Shown: positions 1 to 9,823, counted from the first letter of the stretch. The stretch: DNA of 64,000 nt from Parcubacteria group bacterium ADurb.Bin247 (GCA_002069755.1 MWBX01000009.1:14514-78513); one strand, 5' to 3'. The notes: generated by a model not told the origin, from the sequence alone. A program made the numbers and translations.

Positions 1-695
1 CCGACGTTTTTACCTAAAACTGCATTAACAAGGTTATTTTCTTTGTTGATATCAAAAACAACAATATTTATTTTATTAGTTCGGCATAAATCTATTGCTG
101 AATTATCCATAATTGTAATATCATCACTTTTAAAAGCTTCTTCTAGGCTAAGTTGTTCATATTTTTTGGCGGTAGGGTCTTTTTTAGGATCTTTTGAATA
201 AACTCCATCAACGTTTGTAGCTTTAAATATTGAATCACAATTAAGTTCAAGCGCTCTTATAGCCGAGGCTGTATCGGTAGTAATAAATGGTAGTCCAGTT
301 CCACCTCCAGCTATTACAATTCTCCCTTTTTCTAGATGACGAATAGCTCTCTTTCTGATAAATGGTTCGCCAATTTCTTTTATTTCAAAAGCTAATTGTA
401 ATCTTGTGGGTATTTCTTTTCTTTCTAGGGCATCTTGTAGAGCCATACTATTAAATATTGTGGCTAACATTCCCATATAGTCAGCTGTTGTGCGGTCAAT
501 ACCTTGTTTACTTCCAGCAACACCTCTAAATATATTACCACCACCAACAACGATAACAATTTCAACACCTGTTTTGTGTGCTTTTTTAATTTCTTCGGCT
601 AGATAAAAAATAAAATTTGGGTCAATTCCAAATTTTTCATTTCCCATCATTGCCTCACCTGACAATTTTAAAAGTATTCTTTTAAATTTTTTCAT
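1..695 (-). CDS. pyrH: UMP kinase, 3' end truncated by window edge
   Basis: Reverse-strand translation from the ATG at 695-693 reads MKKFKRILLKLSGEAMMGNEKFGIDPNFIFYLAEEIKKAHKTGVEIVIVVGGGNIFRG..., the canonical PyrH N-terminus and glycine-rich loop. The ORF runs off the window at position 1. ATGA overlap with the upstream gene stop. Confidence 0.8.
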   Translation of the reverse strand, partial: MKKFKRILLKLSGEAMMGNEKFGIDPNFIFYLAEEIKKAHKTGVEIVIVVGGGNIFRGVAGSKQGIDRTTADYMGMLATIFNSMALQDALERKEIPTRLQLAFEIKEIGEPFIRKRAIRHLEKGRIVIAGGGTGLPFITTDTASAIRALELNCDSIFKATNVDGVYSKDPKKDPTAKKYEQLSLEEAFKSDDITIMDNSAIDLCRTNKINIVVFDINKENNLVNAVLGKNV

Positions 696-1084
696 ATTCT
701 ATTAAATATTATACTATCTTGTAATATCTCCACCCAAACACTGTCTACTTCCATAGAAGGAAATAAATCTAGTATTATTTTCTTAGATTTTTCCATATCT
801 TCAAATTGTTTTATTTTTTCTTCTTCTGTATCCTTAATTTGATAAGCGCCACAATCGCTGTGGTGAATTAAGATAACTTTTTTTGACTCGTGAAGATTAT
901 GAGATATTCCAATTTGTTTTAATAAATAGTCTCCATTACCCTCGGCAATAACCTTACTAGAGCCAGCTACAGATATTAAGTCATAATTATGAACTCCGTA
1001 GTTAGTTTTTAGGAAATCATTTGTTTCCGCTACCAGTCTAAAATCCATGCAATGGATTACAATATTGTCGCATTTATGTTTCAT
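692..1084 (-). CDS. short beta-class carbonic anhydrase-like protein
   Basis: CxDxR (HCMDFR) and HxxC (HHSDCGA) zinc-ligand motif pair typical of beta-CA. Only 130 aa, so possibly a minimal or non-canonical member. Confidence 0.4.
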   Translation of the reverse strand: MKHKCDNIVIHCMDFRLVAETNDFLKTNYGVHNYDLISVAGSSKVIAEGNGDYLLKQIGISHNLHESKKVILIHHSDCGAYQIKDTEEEKIKQFEDMEKSKKIILDLFPSMEVDSVWVEILQDSIIFNRI

Positions 1085-1104
1085 AACTACAATATACCAT
1101 ATAT

Positions 1105-1132
1105 TTGATTATTTTTAAATATTTAGTATAAT
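1105..1132 (+). promoter_or_regulatory. sigma70-like promoter (TTGATT-16-TATAAT) placing the TSS at or next to the ATG (leaderless)
   Basis: -35 TTGATT at 1105-1110, -10 TATAAT at 1127-1132, ATG at 1139. No SD sequence. Confidence 0.4.
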
Positions 1133-1138
1133 GGTTGT

Positions 1139-2659
1139 ATGAAAGAAAAAACACAAAGTATTTGCCCTCAATGTTTTAAAGAGGGAAAAATTAATGTAAT
1201 AGGGGCTAAGAGAATTATTGAAAATAACTCTGTTTATCTGATTAAGTTTTGCGAGAAACATGGAGAGTTTAAATCAATAATATCTACCAATGCTAAGCAG
1301 TATATTGATTTTCAAAAATATTGGATAGATTCTACTGGGGTTGAGAATGGAAAACCAGTAATTAATGGATGTCCTTTTGATTGTGGTATTTGCAAGAATC
1401 ATAAGTCTCAATCTGTTTTAACTAATATTTTTGTTACTAATCGTTGTAATTTAAGATGTTCTTATTGTTTTGCTAATGCTGGAGCTGAGGGATATATTTA
1501 CGAGCCAAGCTTAGAAGAAATTAAGAAAGAATTACAATTGGTAAGGAATGAAAAGCCAGTTTCTAGTAAGGCGCTACAAATTACCGGAGGGGAGCCAACA
1601 ATGAGAGACGATTTACTAGATATTATTGAGTATGCAAAAAAAATTGGATTTGCTCATATTCAATTAAATACTAATGGTATTTTGTTGTCTAAAGATTTTA
1701 GCATGGTAGATAAGATTAGAAAAGCTGGTTGTAATACAGTATATTTCAGTTTTGATGGGTTGGATAAAAAAACAAATCCTTGGTTAGATCAAAGTTTTAA
1801 ATTTATCGAAAATTGTCGTAAGGCTGGCTTGGGCGTTGTTTTAGTGCCAGTCGTAATTAAAGGCGAAAACGATCATCAGTTAGGTGATATTATTAAATTT
1901 GCGTTAAATAATTTGGATATTATTCGCGGTGTGAATTTTCAACCAGTTTCTTTTGTTGGAAAGATAAATGAAGAAGACAAGAACAAAAGAATTTCTTTTG
2001 CTGAAGTAATTCAAAAAGTAGAAGAACAAACAGATTTTGCAATAAAAACAAGCGATTGGCGACCACCAGGATTTGTTAATCCAATATCTAAATTAATAGA
2101 GTTGTTTAAAAAAGAACCACAAGTAGAATTTGGCTGTTCTCCAAATTGTGGAGCAGCAACATATCTTTTTTATGAAAATGAAAAGATTATGCCAATTACA
2201 AGTTTTTTAGACGTAGATGCTTTGATGAAAGCTATAAATGAAATAGTTAATCAGGAAAATAAATTAAAAAGAGTTGAGTTATTGGTTAAAATTACAAAAG
2301 ACATTGGTATTTTTATAAATAAAGATAAAGCTCCTAAATCTATACCTTTAGTTAAAATATTGGTTAATTCTTTAATTAGGGGCGATTATAGTGATTTGGC
2401 CGAATTTCATAAAAAATCTTTATACATTGGAGGAATGTGGTTTCAAGATCCCTGGAATTTAGATTTAGAAAGACTAGAAAGATGTGTGATACATTATACT
2501 ACACCAGACGGAGTCATTCCTTTCTGTTCGTATAATGGTCTAGATTATGGTTCTAAAATAAGAAAAAACAATAGTATCTCAATAGATGACTGGGAGAGGA
2601 AAAATAATAAAAAACTAAAAGACGATTTATGGAAAAGAAATAGTTCCTTAAATGATTAA
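1139..2659 (+). CDS. radical SAM protein with N-terminal zinc-ribbon and extra CxxxCxxC cluster (COG1964-type Fe-S oxidoreductase)
   Basis: Core CNLRCSYC radical-SAM motif followed by GGEP. Upstream CPQC...C..H ribbon and a second CPFDCGIC cluster. 506 aa. Confidence 0.7.
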   Translation: MKEKTQSICPQCFKEGKINVIGAKRIIENNSVYLIKFCEKHGEFKSIISTNAKQYIDFQKYWIDSTGVENGKPVINGCPFDCGICKNHKSQSVLTNIFVTNRCNLRCSYCFANAGAEGYIYEPSLEEIKKELQLVRNEKPVSSKALQITGGEPTMRDDLLDIIEYAKKIGFAHIQLNTNGILLSKDFSMVDKIRKAGCNTVYFSFDGLDKKTNPWLDQSFKFIENCRKAGLGVVLVPVVIKGENDHQLGDIIKFALNNLDIIRGVNFQPVSFVGKINEEDKNKRISFAEVIQKVEEQTDFAIKTSDWRPPGFVNPISKLIELFKKEPQVEFGCSPNCGAATYLFYENEKIMPITSFLDVDALMKAINEIVNQENKLKRVELLVKITKDIGIFINKDKAPKSIPLVKILVNSLIRGDYSDLAEFHKKSLYIGGMWFQDPWNLDLERLERCVIHYTTPDGVIPFCSYNGLDYGSKIRKNNSISIDDWERKNNKKLKDDLWKRNSSLND

Positions 2660-3102
2660 GGAACTTTGTCTCGCTTATATTTTTCGTAGCATCTTTTTAA
2701 CTCTTCGCCATATCGCCAGCTATTAATTAGTATTGATATGGCCTCTTCAATGTCGCGGTTCTTATTTTGTGATATTGAAGAATTTTCGAATTTTTCTAAA
2801 ATTCTCAAGATATAGTAAAAATTAATTTTCTGGCCTTTTTTGATTTTATTTTCTATGTTTTTAGCTAGATAAATTGCCATAATTATCGGTGTTTTTCTAT
2901 GTTTATTAGCTTTTTTTAATACCTGATTCCAGTAATCTTTATTTTTCATTTCAAAAGGATCTTTTTTTTCTATCTTTATCTGAGCCAATTCAAGATTGAC
3001 AATGATTTCCTTGTTGTCTATATATGAATCATATATAGCAGTATTGATTTTTTCAACATCCTCAACAGTTAGCAGTAATAGCTTTTTGTCCATTTTAAAC
3101 AC
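2656..3102 (-). CDS. hypothetical protein
   Basis: 148-aa ORF abutting the neighbour gene end. No recognisable motif. Confidence 0.45.
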   Translation of the reverse strand: MFKMDKKLLLLTVEDVEKINTAIYDSYIDNKEIIVNLELAQIKIEKKDPFEMKNKDYWNQVLKKANKHRKTPIIMAIYLAKNIENKIKKGQKINFYYILRILEKFENSSISQNKNRDIEEAISILINSWRYGEELKRCYEKYKRDKVP

Positions 3103-3165
3103 CCTTTTAAAGAACTATGTCAATAATAGTACTTTTGTTTTTAAAGTCAATATGGTATAGAGATA

Positions 3166-3753
3166 TTGGAGGTACTGGAAATGGAAAAGGTACTTTATGA
3201 ATCGGGGAACTATTTTAGTTGCTTGGAGTACATCTATCGATTCTTAGGAGATGGATGTGAGGTTGAGCGGATGAAAGCTCTTTGTTGGCTTGGACTTTCC
3301 AGGACCCACGAAGAGGGGAAAAGAGTATATCTTTTATTAGCCAGGGATATATTAGAGGTTCTTTTAAAATCTGATGACCTAGAGAATAAAATCTTTGCCT
3401 CTTCAAAACTGATATTAGTCTTGTGGAAGTTAGGAGACATTGATTCTCTAGATAAGCTCTATGATATGATTAAATCTTCTGAGATTTGCGAAAGTTCAGA
3501 AGTTAATTATTCTAGAGGCATTCTTGCGTTATGGCAAGGTGGAAACCAAAGAGCTATTGATTTGTCTCGTAGAATAGAGTCCGAAATGAAGGCTGAAGCC
3601 TATGAGCTAAGAGGCGATGCTTACACAAATCAAGGCTATCCCTCGGATGCTAGAGTGGAGTACATAAATGCTATCCGATATTATCGGTGTCGTTATTACG
3701 ACATTGAGAGGGTGCAAAAAAAACTTCTCAAAGGGGAAGCTTGTTCTGACTAA
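3166..3753 (+). CDS. hypothetical helical (TPR-like) protein, compositionally atypical
   Basis: 195-aa ORF with a GGAGG SD about 10 nt upstream. GC-richer and R/C/G-rich compared with its neighbours. Confidence 0.5.
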   Translation: MEVLEMEKVLYESGNYFSCLEYIYRFLGDGCEVERMKALCWLGLSRTHEEGKRVYLLLARDILEVLLKSDDLENKIFASSKLILVLWKLGDIDSLDKLYDMIKSSEICESSEVNYSRGILALWQGGNQRAIDLSRRIESEMKAEAYELRGDAYTNQGYPSDARVEYINAIRYYRCRYYDIERVQKKLLKGEACSD

Positions 3754-3801
3754 TAACGAAATTCTCGCTTTTTTCTTTATGGAATGCGAGAAGATGGTAA
3801 A

Positions 3802-3839
3802 GGAGAGTTTTAATGAACTCTCCCTATTTATTTCTATTT
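3802..3839 (+). terminator. putative intrinsic terminator
   Basis: Stem ggagagtt / aactctcc (8 bp) with a 6-nt loop, followed by a T-rich tract ctatttatttctattt. Confidence 0.35.
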
Positions 3840-3857
3840 GTGATATAATTACAGATT

Positions 3858-5834
3858 ATGAAATTTAAACTTAAAAGTAAATTTAAGCCAAAAGGGGACC
3901 AACCAAAAGCAATAAAAGAATTGATTAGTGGTCCTAATAGGCAAACATTACTCGGGGTTACTGGTTCTGGTAAGACTTTTACTATTGCTAATGTGATAGA
4001 GAAATTACAAAAACCAACTTTGGTGATATCACATAATAAAACATTAGCGGCTCAATTATGTAACGAATTTAGAGAGTTTTTTCCAGATAATGCTGTAGAA
4101 TATTTTGTAAGTTATTATGATTATTATCAACCAGAAACATATATTGCTCATAGCGATACATATATTGAAAAAGAAGCTCAAATCAATCAAGAAATTGATT
4201 TATTGCGTCATGCATCAACTCAGTCTTTACTAACTAGAAAAGATGTTATTATCGTGTCTTCGGTTTCTTGTATTTATGGTCTAGGTTCTCCAGAAGAATA
4301 TAAAAATACTTTATATGAATTATCTTTAGAGCAAAAAATTAATCGAAAAGAGTTAACTAGAAAATTAATAGAGCTTCAATTTGAAAGAGTGGTTACTGAT
4401 TTAAGACCTGGAACGTTTCGACTTCGTGGGCAGGTGTTAGAAATAATACCAGTTAATAGAAAAGTGATTTATAGGATCAGTATTTCAAATAAAATAGATT
4501 TAATTGAGTATCTTGACCCGATAAGAAGAAATACTTTAACTAATACAGATAAAGTATTTTTGTTTCCAGCCGCACACTATGTATTAAACGAAGATAGAAA
4601 AAAAGAAGCAATTAACAACATTAAAAAAGAGTTAAATCAACGATTAAAGTATTTTGAAAAAGTTGGTAAGATAGTAGAATATGAAAGACTTCAAAGAAAA
4701 GTAGCATATGATTTAGAAATGATTGAAAATATTGGTTATTGCCAAGGAATAGAAAACTATTCTCGTCATTTTGATGGTAGAAAATCAGGTGAGCCACCTT
4801 ATACACTAATAGATTATTTCAAGTTATCAGATCCGGACTTTTTAACAATTATTGATGAATCTCATACAACAATACCTCAAATATCAGGAATGTATTTTGG
4901 AGATAGGTCCAGGAAAAAGTCTTTGATTGACCATGGTTTTCGTCTTAATAGTGCTTATGATAACAGACCATTAACTTATGATGAATTTGATAGCAAAACA
5001 AAAAATACAATATATGTTTCAGCTACTCCAAAGCCTTTTGAAATAGGCAAGAGTGGGCGAGTAGTGGAGCAAATAGTTAGACCAACAGGTCTAGTTGATC
5101 CTGAGATTATTATTCGCCCGATAAATGGTAAAAAAACTCAAGTAGAAGATTTGTTTGAAAGAATAGAATCCCAGATTGCCAAAGGATCAAAAACATTGGT
5201 GACTACACTTACCAAAAGAATGGCCGAAGACTTGTCTGATTATTTAGAGGATCGGGGAATAAAAGTTAAATATATGCATAGCGATATTAAAACATTAGAA
5301 AGAGTGGAGATAATAACTGATTTAAGAAAAGGTTTAATAGATGTAATTGTTGGAGTGAATCTATTAAGAGAAGGTCTAGATATTCCTGAAGTATCTTTAG
5401 TCGCTATTCTAGATGCTGATAAAGAAGGATTTTTAAGAAACGAAATTAGTCTCATTCAGACAATTGGTCGAGCAGCTAGAAATGTTGATGGTAAGGTTGT
5501 TCTTTATGCTGATAAAATTACTCAATCAATTAAGTTTGCAGTTGATGAGACAACGAGAAGAAGAAATGTTCAATTAGAGTATAATAAAAAGAATAATATT
5601 ACTCCTAAAACAATTGAAAAAGATATTAAAAACATACTTCAACAGTTTGGTTTGGAGAGTAAGAAGAAAGTATTAGAAATTGAATTGATTGGTAATGATA
5701 AAGACACTAAAGAGTTAATAAAAGAGAAGAAAGAGCAAATGAGGAAAGCAGCTGATAATTTAGAATTTGAACTAGCTATGATTTTAAGAGATGAAATTAA
5801 AATATTAGAAAAAAAGAAATGCAAGAAAAAATAA
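3858..5834 (+). CDS. uvrB: excinuclease ABC subunit B
   Basis: GVTGSGKTF Walker A, helicase motifs, and the C-terminal UvrB/UvrC interaction helix (EFELAMILRDEIKILE). TATAAT at 3844-3849 lies only 8 nt before the ATG. Confidence 0.95.
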   Translation: MKFKLKSKFKPKGDQPKAIKELISGPNRQTLLGVTGSGKTFTIANVIEKLQKPTLVISHNKTLAAQLCNEFREFFPDNAVEYFVSYYDYYQPETYIAHSDTYIEKEAQINQEIDLLRHASTQSLLTRKDVIIVSSVSCIYGLGSPEEYKNTLYELSLEQKINRKELTRKLIELQFERVVTDLRPGTFRLRGQVLEIIPVNRKVIYRISISNKIDLIEYLDPIRRNTLTNTDKVFLFPAAHYVLNEDRKKEAINNIKKELNQRLKYFEKVGKIVEYERLQRKVAYDLEMIENIGYCQGIENYSRHFDGRKSGEPPYTLIDYFKLSDPDFLTIIDESHTTIPQISGMYFGDRSRKKSLIDHGFRLNSAYDNRPLTYDEFDSKTKNTIYVSATPKPFEIGKSGRVVEQIVRPTGLVDPEIIIRPINGKKTQVEDLFERIESQIAKGSKTLVTTLTKRMAEDLSDYLEDRGIKVKYMHSDIKTLERVEIITDLRKGLIDVIVGVNLLREGLDIPEVSLVAILDADKEGFLRNEISLIQTIGRAARNVDGKVVLYADKITQSIKFAVDETTRRRNVQLEYNKKNNITPKTIEKDIKNILQQFGLESKKKVLEIELIGNDKDTKELIKEKKEQMRKAADNLEFELAMILRDEIKILEKKKCKKK

Positions 5835-8314
5835 TAATTAAAAGAGCAAGAGAGCATAATTTAAAAAATGTTTCTTTAGAGTTGCCAAGAAACAAAATGA
5901 TTGTTTTTACTGGATTATCAGGTTCGGGTAAGACAAGTCTTGCTTTTGATACTATTTTTGCCGAGGGTCAGAGAAGATATATTGAATCGTTGTCTACATA
6001 TGCTAGACAGTTTTTGGGTGGCATGCAAAGGCCTGATGTTGATGAGATTGAAGGATTATCTCCTGCCATATCAATTAATCAAAAAGCACATAGCGCTAAC
6101 CCACGATCAATCGTTGCTACTATTACTGAAATATATGATTACTTAAGGGTTTTGTATGCTCGAGTTGGTCAACCAAGTTGCCCTGTTTGTCATATTGAAA
6201 TTGAAAAGGTGAGTAGTGATGAAATATTCAAAAGAATTAAATCTAATATCTTTTCAGGTGGAGAAATAATGATTCTTGCTCCAGTTGTTCGTGGTCGTAA
6301 AGGGGAGTATTATCAACTACTTCAAGATATGTACGAAGGTGGTTTTAAAGAAGTTAGAATTGATGGCGAAATTAAAAATTTAAGCGAAAGAATAGTTATT
6401 AAAAAAGAAGTCAAGCATACTATTGAAATCATAATCGATCAAATTAAATTTAATAAAATGAATGATGATTTTGATTTTAGGTTAACCGAGGCAATAGAAA
6501 CTGCAATTGATATTTCTAATGGTCTCTGTCAGGTTATTTTTCCTAATCAAGAAGAGAAAATCTTTAACACAAAATATTCTTGTCCAAAGTGTGGTTTTAG
6601 TTTTCCCGAAATAGAGCCAAGATTATTCAGTTTTAATAGTCCTTATGGTTTTTGTTCTGATTGCAGTGGTTTGGGTGTAAAAAATATATATACTAACGAG
6701 ATATGTGATTCTTGTAATGGTAAAAGATTAAATGATAATGCTTTGAGTGTTATGGTTGGTGGTAAAAATATATGGGATGTTGTAAGCATGACTGTTGAAG
6801 AATGTTTAGCTTTTTTTAAAAAATTAGAAGTAACTAAAAAAGAACACGAAATTGCCGATGTAATTTTGAAAGAGATTTTGAATCGGTTAAGTTTTTTAAT
6901 GGATGTTGGTCTTCATTATGTAAGTTTAAACAGAGCTACGGGAACATTGTCTGGAGGGGAGGCTCAGAGAATAAGATTAGCTTCTCAAGTTGGGACCAAA
7001 CTTGTTGGTGCTCTTTATGTTTTAGATGAGCCAACTATTGGTTTACATCAAAAAGATAATGCAATGCTTGTAAAAACACTTAGAAATCTTTGTGATATTG
7101 GCAATACTATTATTATCGTTGAGCACGATGAAGACACAATACTTGCTAGTGATTGGGTGGTTGATTTTGGTCCTAGAGCAGGTAAACATGGTGGTAAAAT
7201 AATGTATTCGGGAGAATTAAAAGGACTATTGGATAACAAACCCAAAACAGAATCTCTTACTGGAAAATATTTGAGAAGAGAGCTTAAAATAGACTTACCT
7301 AAAGAAACTAGAAAGGTAGGCAAAAATCATCCTTCTATTGAAATTATTAAAGCTAGTGAAAATAACCTAAAAGACATAAATGTTAAGATTCCACTTAAAA
7401 GATTTATTTGTCTTACCGGGGTTTCAGGTTCAGGTAAATCTACTCTAATGAATAATGTGATGTATAACTATATCTCTGGTAAGATTAATCACTTTAAAAG
7501 AGATATTAAAGTTGAAGATATTAAAAATATTAACTTAATAGACAAAGTAATTAAAATAGATCAATCAGCAATTGGTCGTTCTTCTAGATCTAATCCCGCT
7601 ACATATACTAAAGCTTATGATGAGATAAGAAATATTTTTGCGGCAACTCCCGAAGCTAGAATGCGTGGCTACAAGTCGGGTAGATTTAGTTTCAATGTTT
7701 CTGGTGGTCGATGTGAGAATTGTGAAGGAAAGGGTTCGCTAGAAATAGAAATGCATTTTTTACCTAATGTTGAGGTTGTTTGTGATGTTTGTAAAGGTAA
7801 AAGATTTAATCAAGAAACATTGTCTATTCACTACAAAGGTAAGAATATAGCCGATGTTTTGGCTATGACAATAGACGAGGCTAATGTGTTTTTTAAAGAT
7901 ATCCCGCTAATTAACGACAAAATTAAGGTTTTAAGTGAGGTTGGTTTAGGGTATCTAACACTAGGACAACCAGCAATAACATTGTCGGGTGGAGAATCTC
8001 AAAGAGTTAAATTAAGTAAAGAGCTTAGTAAAAAAAGTACTGGCAAAACACTTTATCTTTTAGATGAGCCGACAACGGGACTTCATTATGACGATATTAA
8101 GAAATTAATTTTAATGATTCAAAAGCTTGTCTCAGCTGGCAATACTGTAATAGTAATAGAGCACAATCTAGATTTTATTAAATCAGCCGATTGGGTGATT
8201 GATCTTGGGCCAGATGGAGGTGATTTGGGTGGTCAATTAGTAGGCGAGGGGACACCAAAAGAAATCTCTCGTTTATCTAGTTGGACTGGAAAATATTTAA
8301 GAAAGATAATATGA
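5819..8314 (+). CDS. uvrA: excinuclease ABC subunit A (short, 831 aa)
   Basis: Two ABC ATPase modules (GLSGSGKTSL, GVSGSGKSTL), zinc-finger Cys pairs and LSGGE signatures. Overlaps the end of uvrB. Confidence 0.95.
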   Translation: MQEKIIIKRAREHNLKNVSLELPRNKMIVFTGLSGSGKTSLAFDTIFAEGQRRYIESLSTYARQFLGGMQRPDVDEIEGLSPAISINQKAHSANPRSIVATITEIYDYLRVLYARVGQPSCPVCHIEIEKVSSDEIFKRIKSNIFSGGEIMILAPVVRGRKGEYYQLLQDMYEGGFKEVRIDGEIKNLSERIVIKKEVKHTIEIIIDQIKFNKMNDDFDFRLTEAIETAIDISNGLCQVIFPNQEEKIFNTKYSCPKCGFSFPEIEPRLFSFNSPYGFCSDCSGLGVKNIYTNEICDSCNGKRLNDNALSVMVGGKNIWDVVSMTVEECLAFFKKLEVTKKEHEIADVILKEILNRLSFLMDVGLHYVSLNRATGTLSGGEAQRIRLASQVGTKLVGALYVLDEPTIGLHQKDNAMLVKTLRNLCDIGNTIIIVEHDEDTILASDWVVDFGPRAGKHGGKIMYSGELKGLLDNKPKTESLTGKYLRRELKIDLPKETRKVGKNHPSIEIIKASENNLKDINVKIPLKRFICLTGVSGSGKSTLMNNVMYNYISGKINHFKRDIKVEDIKNINLIDKVIKIDQSAIGRSSRSNPATYTKAYDEIRNIFAATPEARMRGYKSGRFSFNVSGGRCENCEGKGSLEIEMHFLPNVEVVCDVCKGKRFNQETLSIHYKGKNIADVLAMTIDEANVFFKDIPLINDKIKVLSEVGLGYLTLGQPAITLSGGESQRVKLSKELSKKSTGKTLYLLDEPTTGLHYDDIKKLILMIQKLVSAGNTVIVIEHNLDFIKSADWVIDLGPDGGDLGGQLVGEGTPKEISRLSSWTGKYLRKII

Positions 8315-9483
8315 AAAAATGGAGGGAAAATATATCTAAAATTCCTCAAAAAAGTGGAATTTATCTTTTCTACGAAAAAGGCAAACTTGTTTATGTTGGC
8401 AAGGCAACGTCTCTTAGGGTTCGCATTAAAAGCTATTTAAATCCAAAAACTAATAGACCAATAGAAGTATTAATTGATAAGATTGATGAGGTTAAGTGGA
8501 AAGTTACCGATTCTGTCCTAGAGGCAATTATTCTTGAGTCAAATTACATTAAAAAATTTAAGCCAAAATACAATGTAAAAGAAAAAGATGATAAGAGTTG
8601 GAGTTATCTTGTATTAACAAAAGATAATTTTCCAAAACTAGATGTTGTGAGGGAGAGAAACCTTGATTACAAAAAATACAAGTATGTTTTTGGACCCTAT
8701 GTTGGGGTTAAGATATCTGAGGTTTCTAAACTATTACATAAATTATTCTTTGTGTCTCGATGTAGTCCAGACAACAAGAGGGCTTGTTTTGATTATCAGA
8801 TTAATAGGTGTTTGGGTGTTTGCACGGGCGAAATAACAAAGAAACAATATAATGATTTAGTTATTCAACCTTTAGTATTATTCTTAAAAGGGAAGAAAAA
8901 AAGATTAATTAATCAGTTAGAGAAGAAAATGAGGCAAGTTTCTTTAGAAGAAAATTACGAAGAGGCTAAAAGACTAAGAAATCAGATAATTGTTTTAAGA
9001 AAAATTGTTGATTTTCCTTTAATCCTTTTTAAAAAAGAGGAAAAGATAGAAAAAAGAATAGAGGGTTATGACGTGTCTAATCTTGGAGATGAAATAATAG
9101 TAGGTTCTATGGTTGTTTTTATGGGCGCAAAACCAATTAAATCAGAATACAAAAAGTTTAGAGTAAAAAGAAAGGGTCAGAGCGATGTAGATTCTTTAAA
9201 AGAAATTATATCGAGAAGATTAAAACACAAAGAATGGAAACTACCAGATTTAGTTTCAGTAGATGGAGGAAAGCCCCAAGTAAACGCAATTAAATCGTTG
9301 TTTAGTATTGATGTAGTTGGTATTGCAAAAGGTAAAAAAAGGGATAAAAATAAAATAGTTTACTTTGGGAACGATAATTGGGTTTATGAGAATATGGATA
9401 TTTTAATTAGTGTCAGAGACGAGGCTCATAGATTTGCTATAAACTATCAAAGAAATTTAAAAATAAAAAAAACATTCAAATGA
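8311..9483 (+). CDS. uvrC: excinuclease ABC subunit C, lacking the C-terminal HhH domain
   Basis: GIY-YIG N-terminus (GIYLFYEKGKLVYVGKATSLRVR), UvrBC helix (RLRNQIIVLRKI) and RNase-H-like endonuclease region ending EAHRFAINYQ. The ATG at 8311 overlaps the uvrA stop (ATGA). The ORF tool's 8281 start is a TTG. Confidence 0.85.
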   Translation: MKKWRENISKIPQKSGIYLFYEKGKLVYVGKATSLRVRIKSYLNPKTNRPIEVLIDKIDEVKWKVTDSVLEAIILESNYIKKFKPKYNVKEKDDKSWSYLVLTKDNFPKLDVVRERNLDYKKYKYVFGPYVGVKISEVSKLLHKLFFVSRCSPDNKRACFDYQINRCLGVCTGEITKKQYNDLVIQPLVLFLKGKKKRLINQLEKKMRQVSLEENYEEAKRLRNQIIVLRKIVDFPLILFKKEEKIEKRIEGYDVSNLGDEIIVGSMVVFMGAKPIKSEYKKFRVKRKGQSDVDSLKEIISRRLKHKEWKLPDLVSVDGGKPQVNAIKSLFSIDVVGIAKGKKRDKNKIVYFGNDNWVYENMDILISVRDEAHRFAINYQRNLKIKKTFK

Positions 9484-9779
9484 TAGAATTAAACAAGGAT
9501 AATTTTAAAAAAGAGATTAGCGGTTTAATTTTAGTATTTTTTTGGAGTCCAACCTGTGGAGCATGTAATAGTTGTTTTCCTTTAACTAAAGAATTGTCAA
9601 AGCAGGGGATTAATGTTGGAATGGTTAATATTTTTGAAAACTATGAAATTGTAAAGGAGTATAAGATTCCTGCCACCCCCACAATAATCATATTTAAAAA
9701 TGGAATTGCAATAGAGAGAGCTGTTGGTTTAAGATCAAAAGAGGTATTAATTCAGAAGATGAATTCTTGCATGGAATAG
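9480..9779 (+). CDS. trxA: thioredoxin
   Basis: WSPTCGAC active site (CGAC variant of CGPC) in a 99-aa thioredoxin-fold protein. ATGA overlap with the uvrC stop. Confidence 0.75.
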   Translation: MIELNKDNFKKEISGLILVFFWSPTCGACNSCFPLTKELSKQGINVGMVNIFENYEIVKEYKIPATPTIIIFKNGIAIERAVGLRSKEVLIQKMNSCME

Positions 9780-9823
9780 GAAATTATGATATATTGGTAT
9801 TAGTTCATTTGGGGGAGTGGGTT

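Noticed and set aside
3668-3868. 66-aa ORF spanning the end of the TPR-like gene, the terminator and the uvrB start
   Set aside because: Overlaps a terminator hairpin and two real genes. No motif. Likely spurious.
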